Shown piece by piece: positions 36,150 to 50,216 of a DNA stretch of 64,000 nucleotides. The DNA comes from Squalus acanthias (taxonomy: Eukaryota), in the NCBI GenBank assembly GCA_030390025.1, contig CM059431.1:132992001-133056000 (forward strand), written 5' to 3'. The notes under the pieces are model-generated. The model did no database searches. It had not been told where the DNA came from and worked only from the letters and a program-made list of their open reading frames with translations. Every line of letters starts with the position of its first letter. Position 1 is the first letter of the stretch. A program made the position numbers and the translations under genes.

Positions 36150-37280
36150 ATGGGTGCTGTTTATGCTGCCTTAGATTGGACCTCAGATGAGGACCAAGAT
36201 GACCAGAAACAGCACCCGCAGCAGCCTGCTGCTCTCAGACCTGTAGCTGCACAGCAGAGAGAGGAACAGCAGAGAGGTGCAGCTCGCAGGAGGCACTACC
36301 CACGATACAGGGTGTACAGGCAGAGGATCAGTTTCCTTGACATCTCTGAATAGCAGTGTCTCGGGAAGCTCAGGATGTCACATCAGGTGGTGTCAGACAT
36401 CTGCAGCCTCCTAGAAGAAGACCTGCTGCCAGCTGGACCTGGTAGCCACGCATTACCAGTGGCTGTCAAAGTCACCACCACCCTCAAATTCTTTGCCTAC
36501 GGAGCCTTCCAGGGCTCTGCTGCAGACATATGCAGCTTGACTGATGGGTTGTTTGCCAGGGCCAGCAATTATGTCAACTTTGCCACCGATGATGGCAGTC
36601 AGAATGAGTGGGCGCTCGGCTTTGCAGCTCTGGCTGACTTCCACAGGTGCAGGGCCATTGACTCCACACATGTGGAAATCTGGGCACCTCCAGAACAACT
36701 AGGATTTTCCGTTAACCGCTTCCTCTCCATCATGTGCAGCTGGTGTGCAACCACAAAAAGATCTTTATGCAGGTGTGCGCAAGATTGCCGGGCAGCTGAC
36801 ATGATGCTTTTGTCCTGCGGCAGTCCTAACTCCCTGGTCTCTTCAGATCTGGAAGCAGACGTAAGGGGTGGCTGCTAGGCGACAAGGGGATACCACTGCA
36901 AACTTGGCTCATAACACCCGTCAGAAACCCAACCACTGAAGCCCAGCAGCGCTACAATGAATACCACATCACCACCAGATGTGTGATTGAGCAGGCCATT
37001 GGCACGCTGAAGTTGCGTTTCAGGTGCCTAGACAGGTCTGGAGGTGTCCTTCAGTATGCACCAGCCAGGGTCTCCAGAATGGTCGTGGTTTGCTGAGCTC
37101 TGGACAACATTGAGCAAGAGCGAGGCTTGGACCTGGATGAGGAACAAGACAAAGAGGTCAGATCCTCCTTGGGCGATTTGGAGGGGAGGAGGAAGAAGAG
37201 GAGGAGGAGGAGGGTGATGCACCCCCAGCTGCTCACATTGCTGCCAGGGATGCCCTTATTAATGCAAGGTTCACTTAGGT
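36150..37280 (+). pseudogene. Harbinger DDE transposase with multiple stops and frameshifts
   Basis: [61 protein letters not shown] and a poly-Glu tail. Confidence 0.9.
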
Positions 37281-37557
37281 TGTACCAGTGCACCCATGTC
37301 ACTAGAAAATGCAACGGCCACTCTTCCCCTACCCCACCAAAGCCACACTGACACAAAGCAGTCCTGCAACCAACCAACCGCCCTTGAACATCCCCACATT
37401 CATCATCAAACAAGTTAGAAGGCCACTTACCACCAAGTACCCAAGGATGGACAAGACGGGAAAGTAGTGAAAAAGAATAACATTTATGTGAGCTAAATTT
37501 AAAAAAACTTATCGAAACAACATTTTCTTAGACATCAATGTGCATATATTTGTGCAA

Positions 37558-39323
37558 TTACAAAGCCTTACTCTTCCATTTTCTGCTGCTCCTACTTGGT
37601 GCGACCTGTGTGGCTTCATCAGAGGTAGAGGCAGGCTGCTCAGATCCCATGAGGGCCCCGCCAGACTGCTTCACCTGCACCTGTACAGGGACAGACTTGG
37701 CCATTGGGACACGAGGCAGCATGCGGGCTACTGACTGAGAGGTGGGCTGTGGGTGAGAAGTCGAAGCGCTTTGAGTCGAGTTCCCACTTCCATGACCCCT
37801 TTTGCCATCACCCCTCTCATGGCACAGCTGCACTTCACTGCTACCACTGTGCTGGACAACACATTGGTGCAGGTCAGGGCGGCCCTGTAAGGCCAAGACT
37901 AAGGTATCTGTCAATCTATTTAAGATGGCAGATATGTTGGCATCCAGAGTTTGCACGGTGGTGTTGAAGTCGTGCATGGACTCATTTGATTGGAGCTTAT
38001 GATGGTCCATCCTGCTGGCCACTCTATCCGTAGCAGAAGACATCATCTCAGTTGCCTGTGACATCGCCCCCCTCATGCTTCTGGTGGACTCCTCCAATCT
38101 CTCTGCAATCGTGGTGATTCCACTTTGAAGGCCTGTCAGTGCATTGCACATTCTCTACTGTTCAATGATTCTCCTCTTCATCGATAGGTCCCGAGGTACA
38201 GCATCTGTGTCCAGCTGCACAGAGCTTGGAGAGGGCTGCGCCCTCCAACACGGACTCTCCACTGCTGTCCCTGTCTCCAGCATCTGCTTTTGCTCACTTG
38301 TGAAGTGTGAGTCATCAGATGAAAACCCATTATCTGCCTTACGGGTCCCACCATAGTGTGAGTATCTGAGCTGGTGTATGATATGTGTGAGTCCTGTGAC
38401 AGTGCACCCTCAGAAGGACTCAACTCCTCTGAGAAATCGTCGTTAGCAACCTCCAATGACTGTTGCTACACACGTGAAGGTCCTGTGGGAGATAAAAGAC
38501 ATGAATTAGTGCTGGCAAGGTAAGAATATGTTGCAAGTTATCATTATGAAGATGATCATATTTCACTCGCTGTTGAAATCAAGACAACATGACAGAGTGC
38601 TGTATGACATGTGGGTGGCTTTTATTTAATTGTGTCACCAGGTAGCTGGGAGCTCCCCGTCTCCAACAGCCTGGGACGCCAAAACTCCAGTGCCTCCTCC
38701 TCTGTGCTTGTCAGTTGCGAGATGTTTAGAGGGCCCCCTCCGGTTCGCTCCCTCTCCCAGGTGAACTGTGCTCTCTTCTCCTGCAAAGAGCGAAAGAAGA
38801 GACGTATGCATGAGTGTAATGGCATGTGTTCACCCAATGAAGGCAGTGCATTTGGTGAGAGTGACTATAAGGGAGAGGCAGAAAATTGCATAATGATGAG
38901 GGTGAGTGGGAGTGGTGGATGGATAGATGGGGATGTGAGGAAGTGCATAGAAAGAGAAGGATGGGTGCACCTGCAAGGTACGTGGGTGTGAGACATGATG
39001 TGCTGGAGTAGGCTTGACAAGGCAGAGTGAGGGGGTGGGGTGATACGCACAGCAGGATGTGTGTGAATGTACCACTGTACTCATCTTTCTTGCCCTGCTT
39101 AGGTCATTAAAGCGCTTTTTGCACTGAATCCAGGAGTGTGGCTCCACGTACCTACTGCTGACCTCCTCAGCCACCTCCAACCATGCCTTCTTGGTCTCCG
39201 CTGCAAGCATCTTCTGTCGTTGGTAGGAAACAGTATCTCTGTCTGACTCCTCACAGTCCCCAGCAGCACATCCAGGGAGGCATCACTGAAATGAGGCGCA
39301 GCCTTTGCCCGTGTGGATGCCAT
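37558..39323 (-). pseudogene. Myb/SANT partner gene of copy 4 (exons 39323-39085, 38780-about 38635, 38482-37558)
   Basis: APHFSDASLDVLL..KKAWLEVAEEV..SWIQCKKRFNDL. The first donor is mutated to atgagt. Exon 2 EKRAQFTWERERTGGG. Exon 3 is helical and ends SRSSRKWKSKAL. Confidence 0.87.
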
Positions 39324-39426
39324 TTGGCCACTTGCTTCTATTTTCTTCACAATTCTAAATTCCTTCAACTTGCATGTTTGGAGTGTCCCTTTCAATACTG
39401 GAGTGAGATCGCATCATTCAGCTCCA

Positions 39427-42400
39427 CATAAGAACATAAGAATTAGGAGCAGGAGTAGACCATATGGCTCCTCGAGCCTACTCCACCATTCATTATGATC
39501 ATGACTGACCTTAGGCCTCAAATCCACTTTCCCGCCCAATCTCCATATTCCTTGATTCCCCTAGATTCCAAAAATCTATTTATCCCAGCTTTGAATATAC
39601 TCAAAGACTCAGCATGCACAGCCCATTGGGGTAGAAAATTCCAAAGATTCACAACCCTCTGAGTGAAGAAATTCCTCCTCATCTCAGTCTTAGATGGCCA
39701 AGCTCTTATCCTGAGACTATGCCCCTTAGTCCTAGACTCTCCAACCAGGGAAAACAACCTCTCAGCTTCTACCCTGTCAATCCCCCTCAGAATCTTATGT
39801 TTCAATGAGATCACCTCTCATTCTGCTAAACTCCAGACAGTATAGGCCCAATCTATATAATCTCTCCTCATAGTACAACCCTCTCATCCCAGGGATCAAT
39901 CTAGTGAACCTTGGTTGCACTGCCTCGAAGGCAAGTATATCCTTCCTCATATAAGGAGACCAAAACTGTGCACAGTACTCCAGATGTGGTCTCACCAAAG
40001 CCCTGTACAATTGTAGCCACACTTCCTTACTCTTGTACTCTAACCCCCTTGCAATAAAGGCCATTTGCCTTCCTAATTGCTTGCTGTACCTGCATGCTAA
40101 CTTTCTGTGTTTCCTGTATGATAACACCTAAATCTCTCTGAACACCAACATTTAATAGTTTCTCACCATTTAAAAAATATACTGTTTTTCTATTCTTCCT
40201 ACCAAAGTGAATAACCGCACATTTCCCTGCATTATACTGCCACCTTATTGCCCAACTCATTTAACTTGTCTATATCCCTTTGCAGGCTCTTTGTCTCCTC
40301 CTCACAGCTTACTTTCCCCCCTAGATTTGTATCATCAGCAACCTTGGATACATTGCACTTGGTCCCTTCATCTAAGTCATTGATATAGATTGTAAATAGC
40401 TAAGGCCCAAGCACTGATCCTTGTGGCACTCCACTAGTTAGAGCCTGCCAACCGAAAAATGACCTGTTTATTCCTAGTCTCTGTTTTCTCTCCATTAACC
40501 AATCCTTTATCCATGCTAATATATCACCCCCATCCCCACGAGCCCTTATCTTGCTTAACAACCTTTTATGTGGCACCTTATTGAATGCCTTTTGGAAATC
40601 CAAATATACTACATCCATGGGTTCCCCTTTATCTACGCTGCTAGTTACATCCTCCAAAAACTCTAATAAATTTGTTAAATATGATTTCCCTTTCATAAAA
40701 CCATTTTGACTCTGCCTAATCATATTATGATTTTCTAAGTCCCCTGTTACCACTTCCTTAATAATGGATTGCAGCATTTTCCCGATGACTGATGTCAGGC
40801 TAACTGACCTGTAGTTCCCTGTTTTCTGTCTCCCTCCTTTCTTGAATAGCCGGGTTACATTTGCTACCTTCCAATTCACTGGGACCATTCTAGAATCTAG
40901 GGAATTTTGGAAGATTATAAGAACATAAGAATTAGGAGCAGGAGTAGGCCATACGGCCCTTCGAGCCTGCTCTGCCATTCAATAAGATCATGGCTGATCA
41001 TCGACCTCAACTCCAATTTCCCACCTGATCCCCATATCCCTTGATTCCCCATGAGTCCAAAAATCTATCTGTCTCAGCCTTGAATATACTCAATGAGTTG
41101 CATTCACAGCCCTTTGGGGTGGAGAATTCCAAAGATTCACAACCTTCTGCATCAAAACCAATGCATCCACTATCTCTGCAGCCACCTCATTTAGAACCCT
41201 AGGATGTAGGCCATCAGTTCCAGGGGATTTGTTGGCTTTTTGACCCATTAGTTTCTCAAGTACTTTTTCTCTACAGATATTAATTACTTTAAGTTCCTCA
41301 CTCTTATTAGTCCCTTGGTTCCCCACTCTTTTTGGTATGCTTTTCGTGTCTTCTACTGTGAAGACAGATACAAAATATTTGTTTAAAGTCTCTGCTAGTT
41401 CCTTATTCCCCATTATGGTTTCTCCTGTCTCTGCCTCTAAAGGACCAATGCTTACTTTTGCTTCTCTCTTCCTTTTTACATTCTTATAGAAGCTCTTACA
41501 ATCTGTTTTTATATTTCTTGCTAGTTTAATCTCATATTCTATTTTCTCCCTTTTTATCACATTTTTGGTCATCCTTTGCTGGTTTCTAAAGCTCTCCCAA
41601 TCCTCAGGCTTACTATTATTCTTCGCAACATTACAAGCCTCTTCTTTTAATCTAATATTGTCCTTAACTTCTTTAGTTAGCCACAGACAGATTACTTTTC
41701 AATGGAGTTTTTATTTCTCAATGGAATGTTTATTCATTGAGAATTTTGAAATATTTCTTTAAATGTTAGCCACTGCTTATCTACCGTCATACCTTTTAAT
41801 CTAATTTCCCAATCTACCTTAGTCAACTCGCCCCTCATAGCTATGTAATTGACTTTATTTAAGTTTAAGACTCTCGTTTCGGACTGAAGTATTTCACTCT
41901 CAAACTCAATGTGAAATTCTATTATATTATGATCACTCTTTCCCAGTATCCTACTATGAAATTACTAATTAACCCTGTCTAATTACACAATAAAAGGTCT
42001 AAAATAGCCTGTTTCCCTGGTTGGTTCCATAACATATTGTTCTCGGAAACTCTCGAATGCATTCCATGAACTCATCCTCCAGACTACCAGGAAGATTAAA
42101 GTCCCCCACGATTATTGTATTACTTTTTTTACAAGCTCCTTTTATTTGTTGATTAATACTCTGTCCAATGGTATAGCTACTGTTTGGGGGCTTATAAACT
42201 ACTCCCACCAGTGTTTTCTGCCCCTTGTTATTTCTTATCTCCACCCATACTGATTCTACTTCCTGATCTTCCGAGCCAATATCCTTTCTCACTACTGTCC
42301 TTATGTCATCCTTTCTTATTAGGGCTATGCCTCCCCACGTTTCAATTCTGCCTGTCATTTCAAAACGTCAAGTACCCTGGAATACTTAATTCCCAACCTT

Positions 42401-42690
42401 GGTCACCTTGCAACCATATCTCAATAATGGCTATTAGATCAAAGCCATTTATCTCTATTTGTGCCACTAATTCATCTGTCTTGTTACAAATGCTTCGTGT
42501 ATGCAGATAAAGAGCCTTTAATTTTAACATTTTACTAATATTCCCTGCTTCACCTTATTCACTGATGCACTATTACCATTAAACTCTCTGTCCATTCCTG
42601 TCACACTCTGCTTATCTTTACCCAAATCGCTACACTGCTCCATTGCCTTGATTTTTCTCTTCTGATTTCTAAATTTCCCCTCACCGGAAC
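39427..42690 (-). mobile_element. CR1 LINE ORF2 (APE plus RT), frameshifted
   Basis: APE at 42520-42000 (VVYKPP, VGDFN), RT at 40978-40300, C-terminus at 40260-39518, tail at 39427. Confidence 0.95.
40917..41148 (-). mobile_element. Short CR1 3' end nested in the CR1 above
   Basis: A second tail ataagaacataagaattaggagc and peptide VVNLWNSP interrupt the host frame (VDALV...IFQNSLDS). Confidence 0.9.
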
Positions 42691-43109
42691 CCTCACGTCT
42701 GCTTCCGTTGATTGGGCGGGAAACCTGGAAGTAAAATTATAATGAGGTGGCTGAGTTAAAAAGCCGCTAACAGACGCGCTGCACTTACTTTCGGGCAATG
42801 TTCCTTCTAATTTTTGGGGGGTACACAATCCTTTAATGGGCTGTGCGGCCCATTAAAATTTCCGCACAGGCACGGTTTTTCCATAGTGAAGCCGGTAAGC
42901 AGTCTGCGCTGGACCCCCAGAGTGCTGCACGGCTGCGCAGCTTAACGAAAACATTGCTTCTGGGTTTCCTGTTCACTATCAGACCCTCCTGCTCCCAGTG
43001 CATCGCAAGATTAAAATCGGGGCCATATATGTATAAGAAGTTAGGAAGACGAAGACTGCTGCAAACTGCTCTGGATGCAAGCCCATTAACTCTATTTTCC
43101 TTTTGTTCA

Positions 43110-43245
43110 GAACGTCTGATGAAAGGTCATCAACATGAAAGGTTAACTCTGTTTCTCTCTCCACAGGTGCTGTCTGACCTGCTGAGTATTTCCAGCATTT
43201 TCTGTTTTTATTTCAGATTTCCAGCATCCGCAGTGTTTCGCTCCT
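43110..43245 (+). repeat. Penelope terminal-repeat fragment with a degenerate hammerhead (43113-43149)
   Basis: CUGAUGA-A-AGGUCAUCAACAU-GAAA-GGUUAACU followed by the terminal-repeat sequence seen at 10995-11050. Confidence 0.8.
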
Positions 43246-43309
43246 GCAACGTGTTGTCGCCTCCCAAATCCATTCCTATCGTTGCTGCAGCTCATTGTGT
43301 TAATCTCTC

Positions 43310-44585
43310 CAGTCAGCTTTTATGCCCCTGCCACAGCACCGAAACAACCCTAACCATAGTCTCCAAGGATATCCTCTGTGACTGCGACCATGGTGCATTA
43401 TCCTTCCTCGATCTCCTCAATTTCTCTGCAGCCTTTGGCATGGCCAAACACACCATCATCCTCCAACGCCGCTCCTTCGTTGTCCAGCTCAGTGGGATTA
43501 CCCTCGCTTCCACACTTACCTATCTGATCATAGCCAGAACATCTTTGGCAATGGCTTCCCTTCTTGCTCCTGCACCGTTACTTCCAGAGTCCCCAAGGAT
43601 TTATCCTTGGCTTCTCTTCTTCCTCATCTACATGCTGCCCTAGCTTTACCTCTCCACCACCTTTTTTTGACTCTGTCACTGCCTCTGTTATGTCAGATTG
43701 CTTATCTGGATAAGCAGTTCTGGATAAGCTGCAATTTACTTCAGTTAAACATTGATAAGACCAAAGCCATCATCTATGGCCCCCGCCACAAACTCCATAC
43801 CTTTGCCACGATTGCATTCCCTCCCCAGACATGGTCTCAGACTGAACTGGACTGTTTGCAATGCCAGAGACCTATTCAACACTGAGCTGAGTTTCTAGCC
43901 CCATATCCTCTCCATCACAAAGACCACACACTTCCACTTCAGTAACACTGCCCACCTCTGCCCCTACCTCAGCCATCTCAGCTGCTGAAACCCTCATCCA
44001 TGTCTTTGTTACCTCCAGACTCGGCTATTCCACTGCTCTCCTGATCAGCCTCCCATCGGCCGCCCTCCATAAATATCACCTCATTCAAAACTCTGCTGCC
44101 CATATATTATCTGACACCATGTTCCACTCACCCATCACTCTTGTCCTCGCTGATCTACATCTGCTCCCAGTCCAGTCCCCCAACAACTCATTTACAATTA
44201 TCATCCTCGAGTTTAAATCCCTTCATGGCCTAGACTCTCCCTATCTCTGTTACCTCCTCCAGCCCTGCAACCCTTCCCCCCGATTTCTCTGTACCTCTGA
44301 ATCTGGCCTCTTGGGCATCCCATCATCCTTTTTGTCCACCATTGGCGGCCATGCCTTCAGCACCCTAGCCCCACCCACTGAAATTCCCTCCCTAAATCCC
44401 TCCGCCTCTCCACTTCCCTCCCTCCTTTTGGACCCTCCTTACAACCAGTTTTTGACCAAGCTTTTATTTACCTCACCTAATATTTCCTTCTTTGGCTCAC
44501 CAGCTATTTATTTCTGATCATGCTTCTGCGAAGCACCTTGGGATGTTTTATCTGCTCTCAAGGCGCTATATTAATGCAACTGCAA
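43310..44585 (+). mobile_element. Degraded L2 LINE (RT to 3' end)
   Basis: HSTETTL, LLNFSAAF, LQLNIDKTKAI, HSPITLVLADLH, TIGGHAFS and an L2-type tail. Confidence 0.87.
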
Positions 44586-44829
44586 GGGGCATCAGAACTC
44601 CTTTTATCAATGAAGTGTTCTGGTCTATCTACCTTTGTCACTACTGCCATTACTCCTCTCCCACCTTCAAATAAATGACAAATCCTTCAAACCTATAACA
44701 GCACATCACATCAGACTTTTTGGCTCTACATGGTCATGCAAGTCTTAATTATCCGATTGAATAAGTCAGCATGAAATAAATGCATCCTTTCCTGTATGAC
44801 TATAATCATTATGATTAACATAGCATGAC

Positions 44830-45230
44830 GTAATGGGGCTGTTTTCTTTAGAGCAGAGGAGATTAAGGGGTGATTTGATACAGGTGTTTAAAATCATGAA
44901 GGGGTGGGACAAAGATAGAAACAGACTGTTTCCAGTGATTGAGGAGTCCAGAATGAGGGGACATGGATATAAGAATAAATGTCAGTGAATTAGGACAGAG
45001 AGCAGAAGAAACTTCATTATATAGAGGATTGACTGTGGAATGCACCAGAGTAAGTGATTGAAGCAGAGACTATTCTAATATTTAAGAAACGGTTAGATAG
45101 GTGGTTGAAGGAAAGGGGGATAGGGTGGGGACATAGGAGTACGACTGCTGCTCATGTGGAGGATAAACACCAACACGGACTGGTTGGGCCAAACAAGCAG
45201 TTTTCAAATTGTAATTTCTATATAATTCTG
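44830..45230 (+). mobile_element. Old CR1 3' fragment
   Basis: Degenerate LFSLEQRRLRGDLIQVFKIM and IFKKRLDRWL. Confidence 0.7.
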
Positions 45231-45379
45231 TACACGTGAATATTCTCCATTAACACATGAAATTTAAAAGTCAACTTAAGCCAACCTACTCTTTCCTCAC
45301 ACCATGCTTCCTCTGGGTTCTAAATGTGCACTTCTTTCTCCTAATCTAGTGCTTCTCCTAGGTGCAACTTAAGAGTAAG

Positions 45380-46640
45380 TATCATGAGAAATAGTTGGCT
45401 GCTCCTGTGGTACAAAAACCTCTTGGGACTGAGGTGGCCCTCCTTACATGATGGCAGGCTACAGGGAGGGAGTTGCATCTCTGGCAATTGTGCCTGGGTA
45501 GCCTAGTGTTGCCTATACGCCACTTGGAATGTGCTCTGAGGGGAATGGCCGGAGGCCTAGCATGTGCTGCTATCCTGAGAAATGGCAGCCTTAGGCAGGT
45601 CACCTCCAACTGTTACCATTTCACTGGGTCCTGGAGCTGTGTCCTCACTGATCAGGAGAATGGCTGGTCTAATGGCAGCTACCAAATCCTGAAAGCCCTG
45701 AAAGACAGCTGCCAGGATCCGAAGTCGGTACAGCGTGCTGCCATGAAGGAGGAGCACTCACTGGTCCTGGGCTGCTACTGAGATGGGAGCTTTTGCAGAT
45801 TCCAATGAAGCTGCCACACACTCAAATGATGTCCACAATGATTTTGTTTTAAATCCTGATGTTACAGCAAATGAGGACTGTGGACTCTATAGTCAGAGCT
45901 GTAAGTTGTTGCACATCCTCAGAGATGGACTTCAAAGATCTGGTCCCACAACTCCAAAGTCTTCTCCATGGCCTTTGGCCTCTGCTGGGAAGGTGGCACA
46001 TCCTCACTCACTCCTCTGGCTCCCTTATGGTCTGTGAATTACCCAATGCCATATCGCATTAACACTATCTAATTCCCCCGGATGAAAATATCTGAACTGG
46101 TACGTGGAAGTGAGAGAGGAAGTGGCACGGGGTGACATCACATGGGTTGTGCCAGAGGAAGATAGTACAGGATCTTGTTTCTAGGACTCATGTGTAGCTA
46201 TGTCCTCAACATTTTCTTCACAATCACGGTCATCATCATCATTATCGTCCACGGGGAAGAATATTATTGTTTTCAGCTCCTCTTCCTCATCATCGTCATC
46301 TTCCTTCTCTTTAACATCATCATCCGCTACTCCCCCCCCACCCTGCTCCACTGCTGTGATGGATATGAAGGAAAGGCGTGCATGTTAAGAATGAGCGAGC
46401 ATAATCCCCTATAGATTAAGGAGACAGAGAAAGGTGTGGAAGCTTGTGACTGTGTGCTGCTTCACAGGGCTGCCAAGGTGATTGTGTAGGTGTGCACGCA
46501 CTAAGATGCCACCTGCACTGTCCCATCAATCTTGCAATCTCCCATAGCTAGAGAAGAGTGTGTATCCAGCAGCGCCATGGCCTGCTCCTCATAGGGGTCA
46601 GCTTTCTGATGTCCGGAAGTCCCTTTCATAGAATTTTGAA
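45380..46640 (-). pseudogene. Decayed Harbinger partner-gene remnant (exons 2-3)
   Basis: PYEEQAMALL resembles exon 2 of the other copies. Acidic tract at 46200-46330. Heavily decayed. Confidence 0.4.
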
Positions 46641-46714
46641 GCCCGCATGTCAAGATGTAATTTTGTTTAATAATGTGATCTTTAGCATTAATAACATGAT
46701 ATAAATATATGATT

Positions 46715-46942
46715 AACAATTGTTTTTCTTTACGCAGCGAGTTATTATGATTTGGAATGCACTGCCTGAAACAGTAGCTTTCAAAAGGGAATTGGATAAA
46801 TACTTGAAGGGGAAAAATTTGCAGGTCTATGGGGAAGGGTCAGGGGAGTGGGACTAATCGGATAGCTATTTCAAAGAGCCGGCACAGGCACGATGGGCCA
46901 AATGGTCTCCTTCTGTGTTGTATCATTCTATGATTCTATGAT
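46715..46942 (+). mobile_element. CR1 3' end
   Basis: FFTQRVIMIWNALP, tail gatgggcc.aatgg..tccttctgtg and (attctatg)n. Confidence 0.85.
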
Positions 46943-46989
46943 ACATCTTTACTTTATTACGAAACTAATATAATCCCACAAAACCTGCA

Positions 46990-47147
46990 GGGGTAGAATT
47001 TCCACCTGGATGCTCCTAATCTCCTGCCATAACTTCAGCAGAAACCCTGCAGTAACGATGCAGTTATTTACACCCTTCCCTGGGGTTTCCACCAATCTTC
47101 CGCCAAAATTATAACAGATCAGAAAAATCCTTCTGAAATTTAACTCC
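46990..47147. mobile_element. Short hairpin MITE (related copy at about 55903-56048)
   Basis: Ends ggggtagaatttc and gaaatttaactcc, with internal inverted symmetry (cagaaaccc / gggtttcc). Confidence 0.6.
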
Positions 47148-48102
47148 ACAGTCTATTTTAAATTTTTTTTAACAGAATTTGTCATTTTAATCAATCACGT
47201 AAAGTAACAAAACTCTTCTAAAATAGAAAATTGTCGCACATTAAATCAAGACCGTGCAACCTCATTTCTGCATCAATTAAATTGGCGTAACTTGAGGGGG
47301 AGGGGCAGGGGAAGAAATCAGGGAGGGAAACCTTTAATCCCAACACCACTTCTGGGACTTCCACCAGAAATGACAGGTTGAATATGGGTGGGCATAGTAT
47401 AATTAGACACTAAAGACAAGATCATGTCATGTATTTCCTGTTATTTGCAGCTTTGCAACAATGTGTGCAAGGAATGCCATGGAATCCAGGGTTGCGATTG
47501 GCCATGGAGGGAATTAAATTTTAACGGGCTGGTGCCAATGCTCACAGAGGTCTTCCTGGCTGCCTGTACGAGACCTGTGAGTCAGGGGACAGTTCCACTA
47601 GCACGGGTCCTAGCAGTCAGTAGGTTGCCAAAGCTTACTGACTATGCGGCATCAAATCTGTCTGTTCTCTCAGAAAACACCTTTCAGTACTTGTAAATGG
47701 AAAACTTCTTAGCTGGTCAGATCATCTGTACCAGAGTCACACTCACAGCCTCAGAAACACTGGGGGAAAATGCAACTTTGGTGGGGGTGCAAAACAGGTG
47801 GTAGCGAATCGGCCACCCATTATACACTGCACCTTCAATGGAAAGGAAGTGGGTGGGGTGCATAACGAGTGCACAATCCACTACTGCCCATTTTATGCTC
47901 CTGATGAAGTTGAATTTTATCCACATTATTCCTAACAACAAAGACACAACAAAACTAAATTGGAGGGCATATTTATTTCCATGTATCCAGAAAATACAAA
48001 CATAGCAAAAAGAGTTGGAGAGAGGGTTTTATTTGGACCCCACCTAGTAGGGCTCCATTTGTGCAGCAACATACATGGTCTCAACCTATAACAAACTTAA
48101 GT

Positions 48103-48725
48103 GTCAGGTTGGCTCAGTGGTAACTCTTTCCCCCTAAGCAAAAAGTCATCAGTTCAAATCCCACTCGAGGACTTGAGCACATAATTTATGCTGGTACTCA
48201 GTGCAGTGCTGAGGGAGTACTGTGTTGTCAGAGATGCCATTTTTTGTATGCAGTGTTAAACTGAGGCCCCTTTTGCCTGTTTCAGGTGGATGTAAAAGAC
48301 CCCATGACATTATTCATAGGCTGTGAAGTGCTCAGGATGTGAAAGGTGCTATATAAATGCAAGTTCTTTCTGTTAAATTAGCATGAATCACTTACTCGTC
48401 TTTTGGATGAGACATTAAACCGAGGCCCCGTCTGCTCTCTCAGGTGGACGTAAAAGATCCCATGGCACTATTTCAAAGAAGAGCAGGGAAGTTATCCCTG
48501 GTGTCCTGGCCAATATTTATCCCTCAACCAACATAACAAAAACAGATTATCTGGTCATTATCACATTGCTGTTTGTGGAGCTTGCTGTGTGCAAATTGGC
48601 TGCCGTGTTTCTCACATTACAACAGTGACTCCACTTCAAAAGTACTTCATTGGCTGTAAAGCGCTTTGAGACATCCGGTGGTCGTGAAAGGCGCTATAGA
48701 AATGCAAGTCTTTCTTTCTTTCTTT
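48103..48725 (+). repeat. Two adjacent DeuSINE copies (48103-48370 internally deleted; 48397-48725 5'-truncated)
   Basis: A box tggctcagtgg and B box agttcaaatcc. Deu core ggatgagacattaaaccgaggcccc. (tctt)n tails. Confidence 0.88.
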
Positions 48726-49059
48726 TCTTACTAGGTGTACACAAATTCAGCACAAAAGCATTAATGCAGTAAGGCTTTTAGCATTTCCAATAATAGAACT
48801 TATTAAAAAAGCTTAGAAGCGCGGCTAAACACTTAACAGAACAGTGCGGAAATTACTTGGCTTTAAAAACGTGTACACTGAAACTCGATACATGGTTGAG
48901 AAGTGTGGCTTAGTATTGCAGATATTGCAGAACAGTATTGGTAGGGAAACAGAAACCTTCTATACAAGACCTAGATTTAATCATTACATATTTATAGATG
49001 ACATGACATCAAATCATGAACCTTTATATGTTGTAAGTTATGGTGAAAACCACACTCCA

Positions 49060-49250
49060 ACACTTGAGTACACAATCTAGGCTGACGCTTCAGTGCAGTA
49101 CTGAGGGAGTGCATTATTGTTAGCAGCGCTATCTTTTAGATGACACATTAAGCCAATGCCTCTTCTGTCTGTTCAGGTGAATGTAAGAGATCTATTGCAC
49201 TATTTGAAAAAGAGCAGGGTAGTTGACCTGACAAACATTTATCCCTCAGT
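49060..49250 (+). repeat. Degraded DeuSINE fragment
   Basis: ggctgacgcttcagtgcagtactgagggagtg followed by a degenerate Deu core. Confidence 0.75.
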
Positions 49251-49259
49251 TTTTTTTAA

Positions 49260-49880
49260 CTTTTTCTTTTCTCAAGACGTGGGTGACTCTGGCAAGTCCA
49301 CATTTATTGCCCTGAAAAGGTGATGGTGCGATTTCTCCTTGACCCACTACCATCCTTTTGAAGATGATCCTACCACAATGGTGTTAGGTAGGAAATCCCA
49401 GGTTTTTGACAGTGCTGGTGAAGGAACACATTCCAAGTCAAAGTGGTGTATGATTTGGAGAGAATTTTGGAGGTGTTCCCATGATATCGCTACTCTTCTC
49501 TTTCTCAGTGGTAGAGGTTGTGGGGATAGGAGGTGTTGTTGATGTGAGCTTGGTAAGTTGCTGCAGTGCATCCGGTACATAGTATATACTGCAGCAATAA
49601 TGCGCTGAGGGTAGAGGGGATGAATATTGACTCCAACAGCTGGACAGCCGATCAAGCGGATTGCTCTGCCTGAATGGCATTGAGCTTCTTGAATGTTGTT
49701 GTAGTTGCACCCATCCAGGAGAGTGCTGAGTTTTCCATAACACTCCTGAGCCTTGTAAGAAGGTGGAGAGGCTATGAGGGGTCAAGCGGTGAGCCACTTT
49801 TTGCAGAGTACCCAGCCTCTGCCCTGTTCTTGTAGCCATGATGTTGATATGGCTGGTGCAGTTAAGCTATTGATCAATGA
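49260..49880 (-). mobile_element. Second CR1 family, degraded 3' part
   Basis: TRTGQRLGTLQKVAHRLTP and AAVYTMYRMHCSNLP match ORF 1743-2891. Confidence 0.85.
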
Positions 49881-49885
49881 TGTTG

Positions 49886-50216
49886 AAAAAAGAAAGAAAG
49901 ACTTGCATTTATACAGCGTCTTTCACAAACTGGGGACGTCCCAAAGCGGAAATCCCAGAAACGGCAATGAGATGTTGGTTGAGGGATAAATATTGGCCAG
50001 GACACCGGATAACTCCTCTGCTGTTCTTTGAAATAGTGCCATGGGATGTTCTACATCCACCCGAGAAGGCAGACAGGGCCTCGGTTTAACGTCTCATCCA
50101 AAAGACTGCACCTCCGACAGTGCAGCAGTCCCTCAGTATTGCACTGGAGTGTCAGCCTAGATTTTTGTGCTCAAGTCTCTGGAATGGGATTTGAACCCAC
50201 AACCTTCTGACTCAGA
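49886..50216 (-). repeat. DeuSINE, internally deleted
   Basis: Nearly identical blocks to 26130-26370. Confidence 0.88.

Larger units (their letters stand above)
35710..43025. mobile_element. Harbinger copy 4 (two convergent genes) interrupted by CR1s at 39427-42690; boundaries approximate
   Basis: Transposase on + and Myb gene on -. TIR-like ends gggctgaatgtt and aaaatcggggcc match each other poorly. Confidence 0.7.

Noticed and set aside
42843..43643. 266-aa ORF
   Set aside because: A composite of a TIR-element end, a Penelope repeat and an L2 fragment.
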